In this document: piece after piece, positions 12,040-22,655 of the stretch
Layout of the letters: the number at the start of each line of letters is the position of its first letter
Numbering within the stretch: the first letter of the stretch is position 1
Assembly (NCBI GenBank): GCA_033763315.1
Contig: JANRKS010000019.1
Coordinates: forward strand, 32,001 to 96,000
Source of the DNA: Deltaproteobacteria bacterium
GTDB taxonomy: Bacteria > Myxococcota_A > Polyangia > Fen-1088
Direction of reading: 5' to 3'
Length of the DNA stretch: 64,000 nucleotides
Program-made: the position numbers and the translations under genes
Notes under the pieces: generated by a model
Database searches by the model: none
What the model was told of the DNA's origin: nothing
The model's input: the letters and a program-made list of their open reading frames with translations, nothing else

Positions 12040-12978
12040 TTAAAACGGGCGAACCTTTTCGCCTTGCCCGCGCTTGGCGAGCTCCTCCACTAACTTTGCA
12101 CCCTCTTTGTCGTCGGCCGCCAGCTTTGGCACCACGATTTCCACGCGGCACAGTTGATCGCCACGAGATCCGTCGGGTTTGCCCATACCTTTACCGCGCA
12201 AGCGCAGCTTTCGCCCGCTGCCCGTACCTGGGGGGATGGACAACCACACCGAGCCTTCAACGGTGGGCACTTCAACCTTGGCGCCCAGCACCGCTTCGGT
12301 GAGGCTCAACGGCAGATCGAGCTCGATGTCATATTCGTTGCGCTTTAGAAACGGGTGGGGCTCAACTTCGATGGCGAGGTAAAGATCACCCGGGGCACCG
12401 CGGTTGTCAGGGGCCGCGCCTCCTTGCTTTGCCACGCGCAAACGTCCGCCCGATTCCACGCCGGCGGGAATTTGCACCTCGACCGTCTTGCCAGAGCCCG
12501 TGCGAATCTTTCGTTTGGTGCCCGTGGCCGCTTCGGCAAGCGAGATCGAGATCGTGCTCTCCATGTCGGAGCCGCGCGCCGGACCGCCCCGGCCGCCGAA
12601 CGGGCTGCGCCCACCGCCGGCGCTGCCGAACAGGTTGGCGAAGATATCGCCGACGTCACCTTGATTGTACCCTTGGCCCCCCCGGAAGCCGCCGCCACCC
12701 ATCCCACCAAAGATCTGCGAGAACATGTCGGGATCGAAGCCCTGAGGCACACCATCAGCGCCAACGGGGGCGTGACGAAGCCGATCGTATTCTGAGCGCT
12801 TGTTGGCGTCGCCCAAAATGTCGTACGCCGTGCTTACTTCCTTGAAGCGTTCGGTTTTGGCTTTGTCGCCACCTGTGGCGTCGGGGTGAAATTCCTTGGC
12901 CAGCTTGCGGTAGGCCTTTTTGATTTCGGCCTCGCTTGCCGTTTCAGACACCCCCAGGGCTTTGTAGAGATCCTTCAT
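12040..12978 (-). CDS. Class B J-domain co-chaperone (DnaJ/CbpA-like, no Zn finger)
   Basis: J domain with HPD, G/F-rich region, DnaJ C-terminal domain, no CxxCxGxG repeats. Confidence 0.92.
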   Translation of the reverse strand: MKDLYKALGVSETASEAEIKKAYRKLAKEFHPDATGGDKAKTERFKEVSTAYDILGDANKRSEYDRLRHAPVGADGVPQGFDPDMFSQIFGGMGGGGFRGGQGYNQGDVGDIFANLFGSAGGGRSPFGGRGGPARGSDMESTISISLAEAATGTKRKIRTGSGKTVEVQIPAGVESGGRLRVAKQGGAAPDNRGAPGDLYLAIEVEPHPFLKRNEYDIELDLPLSLTEAVLGAKVEVPTVEGSVWLSIPPGTGSGRKLRLRGKGMGKPDGSRGDQLCRVEIVVPKLAADDKEGAKLVEELAKRGQGEKVRPF

Positions 12979-13012
12979 GGTTTATTGCCTTGGCATATCA
13001 CGGAGCGCGGGC

Positions 13013-15610
13013 TTAGTTCGCAAGGGAGGTGGCCTTGCGAGAAAAGCCTAGCGCATCGCCCGCTTGTTCCACCTGAATCACGTCGCCTGGTTGAAATTCA
13101 CCGCCGATGATTCGTTTTGCCAATGGGTCTTGAATGTACCGCATGATCACACGCTTAAGTGGCCGCGCCCCATACGTGGGATCATAGCCCTTGTCGGCGA
13201 TGAAGGTGCGCGCCTCGTCCGTGAGTTCAAGCTCAAGGTTGCGGTCGCGCAGCAGCTTGCGGAACCGATCGACTTGGATTTCAACGATGCGGTCCAGATC
13301 TTTTCGTTGCAACTGACCGAACGTCACGATGTCATCAATGCGGTTAAGGAACTCAGGCCTAAAGGTCCGGCGCAATTCCGCCAACACACGCTCGTGCAGG
13401 TCTTCCGGATCGCCGCCAGCCGCGATGAGGTGGCTGCCAACGTTTGAGGTCATGATGATCACTGTATTGCGGAAATCCACCGTGCGGCCTTGGCCATCCG
13501 TTAACCGGCCGTCGTCCAGCACCTGCAACAGGATGTTGAACACATCTGGGTGAGCCTTTTCGATTTCGTCAAACAGCACCACTGAATAAGGCCGCCGACG
13601 CACGGCTTCGGTGAGTTGCCCGCCCTCGTCGTATCCCACGTAGCCCGGAGGGGCCCCCACGAGGCGCGACACCGCGTGCTTCTCCATGTATTCGGACATG
13701 TCGATGCGCACCATGTGCGTCTCGTCGTCGAACAGGAACGACGCCAACGAACGAGCCAATTCGGTTTTGCCAACGCCCGTGGGGCCCAAAAAGATAAACG
13801 AGCCAATCGGGCGGTTGGGATCTTGAAGGCCGGCGCGTGAGCGACGAACGGCGTTCGCGATCGCTTCCACGGCGCGCTCTTGGCCAATCACGCGCTCTTG
13901 CAAGCGCGCCTCCATTTGCACAAGCCGTTGTTGTTCGCCTTCCAGCATTTTGTCCACAGGCACACCTGTCCATTTGGACACCACGGCGGCCACATCTTCT
14001 TCCGTCACTTCTTCGCGCAGGAAGCCGCCGCCTTTTTGCGCCACCTTGATCTCTTCGCCCAGGGCCGCCAAACGCCGCTCCAACTCGGGAATCTTTCCGA
14101 AGCGCAGCTCGGCCGCACGGTTCAAATCGCCTTGGCGCTGCGCCAGTTCTGAATTGGTGCGCGCCGCTTCCAGCTCTTCTTTGCCCTTTTGCAGCTGGAC
14201 GATGAGATCCTTCTCTCGCTGCCACCGGCCCTTCATGGCGGCGGCTTTTTCCTTCAAATCGGCGATTTCAGATTCAACCGCGGCCGAGCGCTTGATCGAC
14301 GCGTCGTCTTTTTCTTTGCTCAGCGCGGACTGCTCGATGGCCAAGGCGGTCAACCGCCGTTCAGCCTGGTCGATGGGTTCAGGCAGCGAATCGATCTGCA
14401 TCTTCAGGCGGCTGGCGGCTTCATCGATGAGATCGATGGCTTTGTCGGGCAGCTGCCGGCCCGTGATGTAGCGCGTGGAGAGTTTGACCGCGGCCACCAA
14501 CGCGGCGTCGCGGATGCGAATGCCGTGGTGCACCTCATAACGCTCTTTGAGGCCGCGCATGATAGCCACGGCGTCTTCTTCCGAAGGCTCGCCCACGAAC
14601 ACCGGTTGAAAGCGGCGCTCGAGCGCTTTGTCTTTCTCAATGTGCTTGCGGTACTCATCAAGCGTGGTGGCACCCACGCATCGCAGCTCACCGCGCGCCA
14701 GGGCGGGTTTGAGCATATTGGCCGCGTCCACAGCGCCTTCCGCACCGCCTGCGCCCACAAGCGTGTGCAGCTCGTCGATGAACAAGATGATCTCACCGGC
14801 CGCGGTGGCGATCTCTTTGAGCACAGCCTTGAGCCGATCTTCGAATTCACCACGGAATTTCGTGCCAGCGATAAGCGCGCCCAAATCCAAGGCCAAGATG
14901 CGCTTATTTTTGAGTGATTCTGGCACGTCGCCTGCGGCAATGCGCTGGGCGATGCCTTCGACAATCGCGGTTTTACCCACGCCGGGCTCACCGATAAGCA
15001 CGGGGTTGTTCTTCGTACGGCGCGACAGCACTTGCATCGAACGGCGCACTTCTTCGTCGCGGCCGATCACGGGATCGAGCTTGCCCTTACGCGCTTCTTG
15101 CGTGAGGTCGCGCGTGTATTTGGCCAGCGATTGGTAGCGATCTTCAGCGCCGGGATCCGTCACACGCTGCGAGCCGCGCACTTCGGCCAACGCCTTCATC
15201 AAAGCGTCAAGCGTGACGCCGTTGGCCTTGAGCACGCGCGAGGCGGCGCCCAGATCCTTGGCCGCCAAAGCCAGCAGCAAGTGTTCGCTCGAGACGTAAT
15301 CGTCTTTGAACGCTTGCGATTGCTTTGTGGCTTCCTCCAAAAAATCTTTGAAGCGGCGGCCGGCGAACACATCGTTGGTGGCCCCGTGCACCTGCGGCAG
15401 CTCGTTGAGCGCCGTTTCCAGGGTCTGGGCGATCCGTTCGGGCTCTGCGCCGATTTTGCTGAGCAGCGCTTGCGCCACGCCTTGCTCTTGCTCGAGCAAT
15501 GCCGCCAGGGCATGCTCAGGGGTGAGCTCTTGGTGGGCGCGGCTCTCTGCCAGTTCCTGTGACGCTTTGAGCGCCTCTTGGGCCTTGATGGTGAATTTTT
15601 CCAGCCTCAT
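13013..15610 (-). CDS. clpB: Chaperone ClpB
   Basis: Clp N-domain (MRLEKFT...), GEPGVGKT, coiled-coil M domain, [18 protein letters not shown]. True start is ATG 15610. Confidence 0.97.
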   Translation of the reverse strand: MRLEKFTIKAQEALKASQELAESRAHQELTPEHALAALLEQEQGVAQALLSKIGAEPERIAQTLETALNELPQVHGATNDVFAGRRFKDFLEEATKQSQAFKDDYVSSEHLLLALAAKDLGAASRVLKANGVTLDALMKALAEVRGSQRVTDPGAEDRYQSLAKYTRDLTQEARKGKLDPVIGRDEEVRRSMQVLSRRTKNNPVLIGEPGVGKTAIVEGIAQRIAAGDVPESLKNKRILALDLGALIAGTKFRGEFEDRLKAVLKEIATAAGEIILFIDELHTLVGAGGAEGAVDAANMLKPALARGELRCVGATTLDEYRKHIEKDKALERRFQPVFVGEPSEEDAVAIMRGLKERYEVHHGIRIRDAALVAAVKLSTRYITGRQLPDKAIDLIDEAASRLKMQIDSLPEPIDQAERRLTALAIEQSALSKEKDDASIKRSAAVESEIADLKEKAAAMKGRWQREKDLIVQLQKGKEELEAARTNSELAQRQGDLNRAAELRFGKIPELERRLAALGEEIKVAQKGGGFLREEVTEEDVAAVVSKWTGVPVDKMLEGEQQRLVQMEARLQERVIGQERAVEAIANAVRRSRAGLQDPNRPIGSFIFLGPTGVGKTELARSLASFLFDDETHMVRIDMSEYMEKHAVSRLVGAPPGYVGYDEGGQLTEAVRRRPYSVVLFDEIEKAHPDVFNILLQVLDDGRLTDGQGRTVDFRNTVIIMTSNVGSHLIAAGGDPEDLHERVLAELRRTFRPEFLNRIDDIVTFGQLQRKDLDRIVEIQVDRFRKLLRDRNLELELTDEARTFIADKGYDPTYGARPLKRVIMRYIQDPLAKRIIGGEFQPGDVIQVEQAGDALGFSRKATSLAN

Positions 15611-15620
15611 GGTAACGAAG

Positions 15621-15648
15621 ATGTAAGCACCGGCCGGGTGCCGTAAAG
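15621..15648 (-). promoter_or_regulatory. Putative sigma32-family promoter of clpB
   Basis: The minus strand reads CTTTAC-N15-CTTACAT, ending 10 nt before the ATG. Confidence 0.3.
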
Positions 15649-15793
15649 CGTCCAAACTTCTGGAAAATTTGCGCGCTCTAAGACCCGTCGTGCGCCTAGG
15701 GGCCGGGGGGCGCGCACGGGATGCGGGTTCGTTTGGCTTCTGCACGCGCAGCCGTGGACGAGCGGCACGCCTTACGAGTAGATTGCCCTCCCC

Positions 15794-17566
15794 ATGTCTT
15801 ATTTGGTGCTGGCTCGAAAGTACCGTCCACGCAGGTTCGCCGATCTCGTGGGCCAGGAACACGTGGCCAAAACCCTGTCCAACGCGATCGCTTTGAACCG
15901 CGTTCACCACGCATTTTTGTTCACCGGGGCCCGCGGCGTGGGCAAAACCAGCTCGGCCCGCATCTTGGCCATGGCCCTTTCGTGTGAAAAAGGGCCCACC
16001 CCCGATCCTTGCGGCGTGTGCGGCTTGTGTCGCGAGATCGCCAGCGGTCAGTCCGTCGACGTGCTTGAGATCGATGGCGCTTCGAACACAGGTGTGGATG
16101 ACGTTCGCACCTTGCGTGAAGGCGTTAAATACGCGCCCGCCCGTGCGCGCAAGAAGGTGTACATCATCGACGAAGTGCACATGCTGTCCACCAGTGCATT
16201 CAACGCATTGTTGAAGACGTTGGAAGAGCCGCCTGCGCATGTGGTGTTTATCTTGGCCACCACGGAAGTGCACAAGATTCCGGCCACGATCATGTCGCGG
16301 GTGCAGCGGTATGATTTCAAATTGGTGCCCACCGCGCGTTTGGTGGAACACCTGGGCACCGTGCTTGCCGCGGAAGGCATCAAATTCGATGCGGACGGCT
16401 TGCGGGTGGTCGCCAAACAGGCGGGTGGTTCGGTGCGTGACGCCTTGTCTTTGTTGGATCAGGTGATTGCGTTTGTGGGCGACGAAGCCATCACGGCAGA
16501 ACGTGCAGCGTCGGTTTTGGGTTTGGCCGACAACCGCTTGCTGTTTTCGCTGGGAACCGCCGTGCTGGCGAAGGACGTGGCGCTAGCGGTTCGCACGCTT
16601 GCCCATGCACTGGACCGAGGCGTGGATCTCGTTTCACTGTCGCGCAACTTTCTGACGTTCTTGCACGACCTGGAAATGGTGGCCCTGCTATCGCATCCCG
16701 AAGACGTGGTGGATTTGACCGGCGAGGAGATCGTCGAGGCCAAGGCGTTGGCAAAGCAACTCACTCCGGGCCTCATTCAAACGTTGTTCGAGCGCTGGGC
16801 GCGGGCGGTGGAAGAGGGCGGCAAATCCCCCAGCGCCCGCCTGGTTTATGAGATGGCGTTGGTCGATCTGTGTCTGGCCGAGCCGCTGCTTCCCTTGGGC
16901 GATTTGTTAGGTCGCCTTGAGGGGCTTGAAACGCGTTTGGCAGGGGGGGCACCGCCGCCAGCGGGGGGGCCACCGGCGCCGGGCCGCCGCCCCACCGCGC
17001 CCGCTGAGCCCGCGCCACCGGTGGCACCGCCTGCGTCTCGGGGCATGTCAGGCGGGGGGCCTCAAGCGCTGGCGTTGGTCACTCCGATCGCCGCCCACGC
17101 GTGGGCGCCGCCGCAAAACGATGTGCCTGCGCCGCCATCACCGGCACGTGTGGCCGAGCCAAGACCAGCGCCGGGCATGGGCGATTTGGTCCGCTTCTGG
17201 CGTGACGTCAAAGACTTGCTGCAACAGCGCAGCCCTATGCTCGCTGCCGCCTTGGAGCACGCGGGGGTTTCGTCAGCCAATGAAGGCCTCCTGGCGGTGG
17301 TCTTGCCTGAAAAGTTCCAGTGCGAGCAGGTTGAAAAGAACCGCGCCAAGGTTGAAGCCGCCATGCAAGAAGTGGCCGGCATGCCGATTCGGTTGGACGT
17401 CAAACAAGGCGAATCGCGGGCCGCCGTGATGCCCTCCACGGTTCGCTCCGAGGCAGACGCGGCAGATGCCGATCGCCGCCGCCGCGAAGAAGAAGCCCGC
17501 AAACATCCCATGATTCAAAAAGCGCAGGACGTTTTCGGCGCTAAGGTTACAGGCATCAAGACCTAA
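15794..17566 (+). CDS. dnaX: DNA polymerase III subunit gamma/tau
   Basis: [15 protein letters not shown], Zn-binding Cys cluster, [18 protein letters not shown], Pro-rich linker, tau C-terminal region. Confidence 0.97.
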   Translation: MSYLVLARKYRPRRFADLVGQEHVAKTLSNAIALNRVHHAFLFTGARGVGKTSSARILAMALSCEKGPTPDPCGVCGLCREIASGQSVDVLEIDGASNTGVDDVRTLREGVKYAPARARKKVYIIDEVHMLSTSAFNALLKTLEEPPAHVVFILATTEVHKIPATIMSRVQRYDFKLVPTARLVEHLGTVLAAEGIKFDADGLRVVAKQAGGSVRDALSLLDQVIAFVGDEAITAERAASVLGLADNRLLFSLGTAVLAKDVALAVRTLAHALDRGVDLVSLSRNFLTFLHDLEMVALLSHPEDVVDLTGEEIVEAKALAKQLTPGLIQTLFERWARAVEEGGKSPSARLVYEMALVDLCLAEPLLPLGDLLGRLEGLETRLAGGAPPPAGGPPAPGRRPTAPAEPAPPVAPPASRGMSGGGPQALALVTPIAAHAWAPPQNDVPAPPSPARVAEPRPAPGMGDLVRFWRDVKDLLQQRSPMLAAALEHAGVSSANEGLLAVVLPEKFQCEQVEKNRAKVEAAMQEVAGMPIRLDVKQGESRAAVMPSTVRSEADAADADRRRREEEARKHPMIQKAQDVFGAKVTGIKT

Positions 17567-17581
17567 GCGAAGGCCGCACAG

Positions 17582-17911
17582 ATGACGACTGGATTCGATA
17601 TCAAAGGTTTGTTCGAAACCGCCCAAAAGGTTCAAGAGGAAATGAACCGGGTCAAAGAGAACCTGGCGCATACCACGGCCGAAGGTGAATCGGGTGGCGG
17701 GTTGGTTCGTTGTGTGGCCAATGGCAAAGGCGAGGTTGTGTCTTTGGACATTGATCCGGCGGTCATCGTGGCCAGCGAAAAAAAGATGCTCGAGGATCTG
17801 ATCGCGGGTGCTGTGAATGTGGCTTTGGACAAGGTGAAGGAGCTGGCGCAATCGCAGCTTCAAAAAGCCGCCCAAGGCTTGCCCTTGCCGCCGGGCTTTC
17901 CGGGCCTTTAA
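17582..17911 (+). CDS. ebfC: YbaB/EbfC nucleoid-associated protein
   Basis: GESGGGLV, MLEDLIAGAVN, and its position between dnaX and recR. Confidence 0.93.
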   Translation: MTTGFDIKGLFETAQKVQEEMNRVKENLAHTTAEGESGGGLVRCVANGKGEVVSLDIDPAVIVASEKKMLEDLIAGAVNVALDKVKELAQSQLQKAAQGLPLPPGFPGL

Positions 17912-18508
17912 ATGGCTGCCGCCGGTCCCATCGCGAAGCTGGTGCAACAACTGGCCAAGCTGCCAGGCATTGGTGAGAAAACCGCCGCGCGCTTGGCCTT
18001 CCACATCCTGCGCTCACCGGCATCCGAAGCGCAGGCCTTGGCCGACGCCATCGCGGATGTGAAGACCCGCGTGCGCCAGTGTGGCAAATGCTGGGACTTC
18101 ACCGAGTCCGACCCCTGCGCCCTATGTAGCGATGCCCGCCGCGACCCCACTTTGGTCTGCGTGGTGGCGCAGCCTCAGGACGTGGTGGCGGTGGAACGCG
18201 CGGGCGGCTACCGAGGCCTGTACCATGTGCTTCACGGCGTCCTTGCCCCCCTAGATGGGGTGGGGCCCGACGATCTGCGCATCGCCGAACTTGTACGCCG
18301 TTGTGGAACCGACTCGGTTAAAGAAGTAATCGTGGCCACCAATCCAAGCGTGGAGGGAGAAACGACGGCGGTGTACATGTCCAAGCTGCTCAAGCCTTTA
18401 GGCGTGAAGACCACGCGCATCGCCACCGGTGTGCCCATGGGCGGGGAGCTCGAGTATGCCGACCGCTTCACCTTGGCGCGCGCCATTGATGGTCGGCGTG
18501 AGTTCTAG
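17912..18508 (+). CDS. recR: Recombination mediator RecR
   Basis: LPGIGEKTAARLA, C4 Zn finger, TOPRIM region EVIVATNPSVEGE, GVPMGGELEY. Confidence 0.97.
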   Translation: MAAAGPIAKLVQQLAKLPGIGEKTAARLAFHILRSPASEAQALADAIADVKTRVRQCGKCWDFTESDPCALCSDARRDPTLVCVVAQPQDVVAVERAGGYRGLYHVLHGVLAPLDGVGPDDLRIAELVRRCGTDSVKEVIVATNPSVEGETTAVYMSKLLKPLGVKTTRIATGVPMGGELEYADRFTLARAIDGRREF

Positions 18509-18723
18509 CCCCGCCCCAAGTGGGGGAGATCCCGGAAATGACTCTGAAGCTCAACCTGCGGGCGCAATCCGCCGAACGAAATCCACGCAAAGGGCACATG
18601 ATGTGCAGAGGCAAAGTTGTTGAGTGATTATGCAACCTTGATGCTGGGCGCCGCCGATGTTATCTGTGGACATCGGCGTTTCGCCGTCCATTTCATCCAA
18701 CCCAGCCAAAGCGACGGAGATTC

Positions 18724-19203
18724 ATGAGCTCGCCCAACGTAATGTTCCCAGAGGAGCAAAAGGCGATAGACCTCGTCTGCGCCCGGCTCCATCGGGACGC
18801 CAACGCTAAAGCCGTTCTTCTCATTGGGCGGGACGGGCAACCCGTGGCCGAGGCCGGCGACGTGGCCGAACTCGACGTCACGTCTTTGTCCTCGCTGACC
18901 GCGGGCAACGTGGCCGCCACCGGAGGCATTTCCCAGATCCTGCGGGAAAAAGACTTCACCAGCCAGTTCCACGAGGGTGAACGTACCCACGTGCACATCA
19001 CCTTGGTGAGCAACCGCGCCATTCTGGTGGTGCTTTTCGATGAACGTTCGTCGTTGGGGCTCGTGCGTCTACGCGTGCGCAAGGCTTCCGAAGAGATGGG
19101 CCGCTTGTTCGAGCAAGCGTCTGCCCGCGCTCACAGCGCTGGCGCTCCGTCCATTCTCAACGAGATCACCGACAGCGACATCGACAATCTTTTCAACGAT
19201 TAA
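18724..19203 (+). CDS. mglB: MglB, roadblock/LC7 GTPase-activating protein
   Basis: [47 protein letters not shown]; directly upstream of mglA. Confidence 0.95.
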   Translation: MSSPNVMFPEEQKAIDLVCARLHRDANAKAVLLIGRDGQPVAEAGDVAELDVTSLSSLTAGNVAATGGISQILREKDFTSQFHEGERTHVHITLVSNRAILVVLFDERSSLGLVRLRVRKASEEMGRLFEQASARAHSAGAPSILNEITDSDIDNLFND

Positions 19204-19211
19204 AGGCGTCG

Positions 19212-19799
19212 ATGAGTTTTATCAACTACTCCTCCCGCGAGATTAACTGCAAGCTGGTTTATTACGGTCCCGGCCTGTGCGGCAAGACCACCAACCTGCA
19301 GTACATCTACGCGAAAACGGCGCCCGACGCGAAGGGGAAGATGATCTCCTTGGCCACGGAGACCGAGCGCACCTTGTTCTTCGATTTCTTGCCGTTGTCG
19401 CTGGGCGAGATTCGCGGGTTTAAGACGCGCTTTCACCTCTACACGGTGCCGGGCCAGGTCTTCTACGACGCCAGCCGCAAGCTGATCCTTAAGGGCGTTG
19501 ACGGCGTGGTGTTCGTGGCCGATTCCCAGATCGAGCGCATGGAGGCCAACCTCGAATCGATGGAGAACCTGCGCACGAACCTCGTCGAGCAAGGCTACAA
19601 CCTCGATAAGATTCCGTACGTTGTTCAATACAACAAGCGTGACTTGCCAAACGCCGCGCCTTTGCAGGAGCTGCGGGAGCTGCTGAACCCAGCGGGCATG
19701 CCTGAATTTGAGGCTGCGGCGGTTTCGGGCACGGGCGTGTTTGACACGCTCAAGGCGGTGGCCAAAGCCGTGTTGACCGAGCTCAAGCGCGGCGGCTAG
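19212..19799 (+). CDS. mglA: MglA small Ras-like polarity/motility GTPase
   Basis: [36 protein letters not shown]. Confidence 0.97.
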   Translation: MSFINYSSREINCKLVYYGPGLCGKTTNLQYIYAKTAPDAKGKMISLATETERTLFFDFLPLSLGEIRGFKTRFHLYTVPGQVFYDASRKLILKGVDGVVFVADSQIERMEANLESMENLRTNLVEQGYNLDKIPYVVQYNKRDLPNAAPLQELRELLNPAGMPEFEAAAVSGTGVFDTLKAVAKAVLTELKRGG

Positions 19800-19814
19800 G
19801 CGGGTCGGTCGCGC

Positions 19815-20489
19815 CTAATGGCGTGTGGTTTGTTCGCAAAAGCCTTGGGCCCCGAGAAGGGGCACAAAGCGAACGTCCGCCAAGTGTTGCGCTTGGTATT
19901 CGTTGGCCGCCAGGCGGCGCACAAGCATGAGATTTTGGTCGTCCAGATCTTGCCCCACCGGGATCACCAGGCGTCCGCCCACCGCCAGCTGGCTCAACAG
20001 CGCTTCGGGAACCTGGGGAGCGCCGGCCGCAACGACGATGGCGTCAAACGGCGCTTGCATTGGGTGACCCAGGGTGCCGTCGCCCTCGAGGACGTGCACG
20101 TTGTGGCAGCCATCCTCGGCCAACCGTCGGGCGGCGGCTCTGGCCAAGCTTGGCAGGCGTTCGATCGTGAAAACCTCGCGCGAAAGATGGGCCAAAACGG
20201 CGGCGCCGTAACCCGAGCCCGTGCCCACCTCCAACACCTTTTCCTGACCGCGAAGCTGCAACGCTTGCACCATCAGGGCCACGATGAAAGGCTGTGAAAT
20301 GGTTTGGCCGCAGCCGATGTCGAGCGGCCTGTCTTCGTAGGCGAGGGGCGCTTTGGCCTCAGGAACGTAGTCTTCGCGGGACACAAACCGCATGGCCTGT
20401 AACACCCGCGGATCGCGAACACCGCGCGCTTCGACCTGTTTACGCACCATTAGGTCGCGCAGTTCATTTGTTCTCGCCAGCTGGCCCAT
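19815..20489 (-). CDS. pcm: Protein-L-isoaspartate O-methyltransferase
   Basis: GQTISQP, VLEVGTGSGY, APFDAIVV, QLAVGGRLVIPVG, VRFVPL. Start placed at ATG 20489. Confidence 0.95.
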   Translation of the reverse strand: MGQLARTNELRDLMVRKQVEARGVRDPRVLQAMRFVSREDYVPEAKAPLAYEDRPLDIGCGQTISQPFIVALMVQALQLRGQEKVLEVGTGSGYGAAVLAHLSREVFTIERLPSLARAAARRLAEDGCHNVHVLEGDGTLGHPMQAPFDAIVVAAGAPQVPEALLSQLAVGGRLVIPVGQDLDDQNLMLVRRLAANEYQAQHLADVRFVPLLGAQGFCEQTTRH

Positions 20490-20522
20490 GTTGTTGCACA
20501 GGCCTCGCAATCGCTATGCCAC

Positions 20523-22415
20523 TTAGTCTTTTGTGAGGGTCAAGGCGCCCAGGATGGCGGCCAGCGCCGCGTTGGCCAGCAGGAACACATGCTCGAAATG
20601 GGTGGGCACCCAGGTGATGTCCACACTGCCGCTGCAAACCAAAAACAGCAGCAGGCCGGCCACACCCAACGCGAAGCCACCCAAAGCCGGTCGCAGTGAA
20701 CGAACGCTGAGTCCCACGGCGACGCCGAGCGCAGGCAAGGCCGCGCTGATGAACAGCGGCGTGCCGTGCGCCGAGGCGCCCCACACGTGCGCAAGCCACA
20801 TCGCCAGGCCCGCCGGAATGCCTTCAAATAGGGGCGCAAAGGCGGCCGGGGCCGACAAGCCGAACCAGGCGAGCAGCAATGGCACCACAAACAAACCCGA
20901 AGAGCCCAGCAGCACACCGGCCACGAAGCGCCCGCGGCTTCCGGCTTCCAAGCGACGTCGCCGGCGAAGGCTGGACGTAACGGCGAAGGCGAGGGTTCCG
21001 GCAAACGCCAATGCGCCACCGCCGCGTGTTTCTTGCGCCCGCGCCAATGCCTTGTCTGCGTCTACGATGCCCGCACCGTAGTGATCGTTGATGCGTTCGT
21101 CACCCGCGGCTTTCGCACTGCTTTTGGGCGTCCGCGCGGTGCCCATCAACAACGCGTCCACGGCGTCGGGCTGGGTGACTCCGGCGCTCATGATCAACGC
21201 CGCCACACCGGCCACGTGCGGTGAGGCCATCGATGTGCCCATAAACCACAGGTAATCTTGTTTGCTGGTGTTGCCGGGAACGATCGTGTTTTGCAGCACG
21301 CCATCGGGTTGACCGTCGCCGTTTTGATCCACGCGCACATTCCCGCCGGGAGCCGCGATGTCCACCGTTTTGCCCCAATTGGAATAAAACGTGGTGGCCT
21401 CATCGAATTGCGTGGCAGCCACGCCAATCACCTCGGGGTATTTGCCCGGATAGCTGACGCGGCCGCGGCCATCGTTGCCAGCCGCGGCCACCACAACCAC
21501 GCCCTTCTTGCGGGCGTACTTTACGGCCGAGTGGATGCTGCCCACGGGGAACGGCCCGCCCAGGCTCATGTTGATCACGTTGGCGCCGTGGTCGGCCGCC
21601 CACCTGATGGCTTGCGCTATGGCCGCCATGGAGCCTGAGCCCCGCGCCGAAAGGACCTTGAGCGGCATGATCGATGCCTTAAAAGCGATGCCGGAGACGC
21701 CCAAGCCATTGTTCGTGGACTGCGCGATGGTTCCGGCCACGTGTGTTCCGTGGCCATGATCGTCAGAGGCGTCTTTGTTGTTGTCGACGAAGTTGTAGCC
21801 TTCAACGAACTTGGTATTGGCCAAATCGCCCACGCGGCTCACGCCCGTGTCGATGACGGCCACCACAACGCCTTCGCCCTGGCTGCGTTTCCAGGCTTGC
21901 TTGAGGTTGATCTGGTTAAAGTGCCATTGAAACGCAAAGCAAGGGTCGTTGGGGAAGCCCACTTTGGCTTCGCCGGCGTTCTCGTGGCACGCGGCCAGCG
22001 AGGGCGGCGGGGCAGCAACGGCAAACGCTTCGTCAGGCGGGATGATGGCCTCGACGTCGTAATCCACACCCTGCACTGATGGGTCGGCTGCTAGACGTTC
22101 AAAAGCGGCGTCGCGTTCCCCGCGGCTGGCGAAACGCACCCGGTAAAGTTTATCGGTGTCGGAGGCGGCGCTGATGGCTTCCTCGGTGAGGCCATTGCGG
22201 GCGAGCACATCGGCCGTCACGTCGTCGCGAAAGTCGACGATCAGCGTGTTGGGGCTTTGCTCCGCGGCGGCGGCCAATTCCGCGGCGCGCTCGGCTGAGG
22301 CTGTGGCCTGCCGCTGCTGTGCGAGCTCGGTGCCCGGATGAAACCACCACAAACCCACCACCAGCGTCGTGCCAAAGGGCCACCACGCGCGCACGAAGGA
22401 AAACTTTGACGGCAT
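20523..22415 (-). CDS. Subtilisin-family (S8) serine protease with C-terminal transmembrane domain
   Basis: Catalytic triad VIDTG / HGTHVAG / GTSMASPHVAG and oxyanion AAGND. N-terminal hydrophobic segment and about 4-5 C-terminal TM helices. GGAGG SD before ATG 22415. Confidence 0.92.
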   Translation of the reverse strand: MPSKFSFVRAWWPFGTTLVVGLWWFHPGTELAQQRQATASAERAAELAAAAEQSPNTLIVDFRDDVTADVLARNGLTEEAISAASDTDKLYRVRFASRGERDAAFERLAADPSVQGVDYDVEAIIPPDEAFAVAAPPPSLAACHENAGEAKVGFPNDPCFAFQWHFNQINLKQAWKRSQGEGVVVAVIDTGVSRVGDLANTKFVEGYNFVDNNKDASDDHGHGTHVAGTIAQSTNNGLGVSGIAFKASIMPLKVLSARGSGSMAAIAQAIRWAADHGANVINMSLGGPFPVGSIHSAVKYARKKGVVVVAAAGNDGRGRVSYPGKYPEVIGVAATQFDEATTFYSNWGKTVDIAAPGGNVRVDQNGDGQPDGVLQNTIVPGNTSKQDYLWFMGTSMASPHVAGVAALIMSAGVTQPDAVDALLMGTARTPKSSAKAAGDERINDHYGAGIVDADKALARAQETRGGGALAFAGTLAFAVTSSLRRRRRLEAGSRGRFVAGVLLGSSGLFVVPLLLAWFGLSAPAAFAPLFEGIPAGLAMWLAHVWGASAHGTPLFISAALPALGVAVGLSVRSLRPALGGFALGVAGLLLFLVCSGSVDITWVPTHFEHVFLLANAALAAILGALTLTKD

Positions 22416-22655
22416 GCTGCCCTCCACCTTTGAGTATAGAGCACGCCGTGCAACTTGGCTTGCCAACGGCTTACGCTGGGGCCATCCCATTTGCCTGACA
22501 AAACGCCTGCCGGCCGCTTTCGGCCGCGAAGGGCTGTTGACCGCTTTGTTGGGTAGGTCGTAAAGTCACGCGATCCCTAGCGCCGCCGTTTAGTAACGTC
22601 TTTTGCCGCGCGGTCCTCGCCGCGTGGTCTGCAGCTACCCTGGAGCCCCTTGTTA

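Noticed and set aside
15611-15793. Possible SRP RNA (ffs) upstream of dnaX, or a CIRCE operator at clpB
   Set aside because: No CAGG..GGAA..AGCAG SRP core was seen. The GCACC...GGTGC repeat has the wrong arms and spacing for CIRCE.
15611-16351. Apparent 246-aa N-terminal extension of ClpB (1112-aa ORF) overlapping dnaX antisense
   Set aside because: The canonical ClpB N-terminus begins at ATG 15610. The extension is an open antisense frame of dnaX, typical of high-GC codon bias.
15794-17566. Programmed frameshift producing DnaX gamma
   Set aside because: No A AAA AAG or long poly-A slippery site was seen after domain III.
18509-18650. Possible c-di-GMP riboswitch (GCAAA motifs) upstream of mglB
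   Set aside because: The GEMM P1/P2 stems and tetraloop-receptor could not be built from the sequence.
15794-19799. dnaX-ebfC-recR-mglBA linkage as a novel system
   Set aside because: This is a familiar neighbourhood in Myxococcota; it serves only as a lineage marker.
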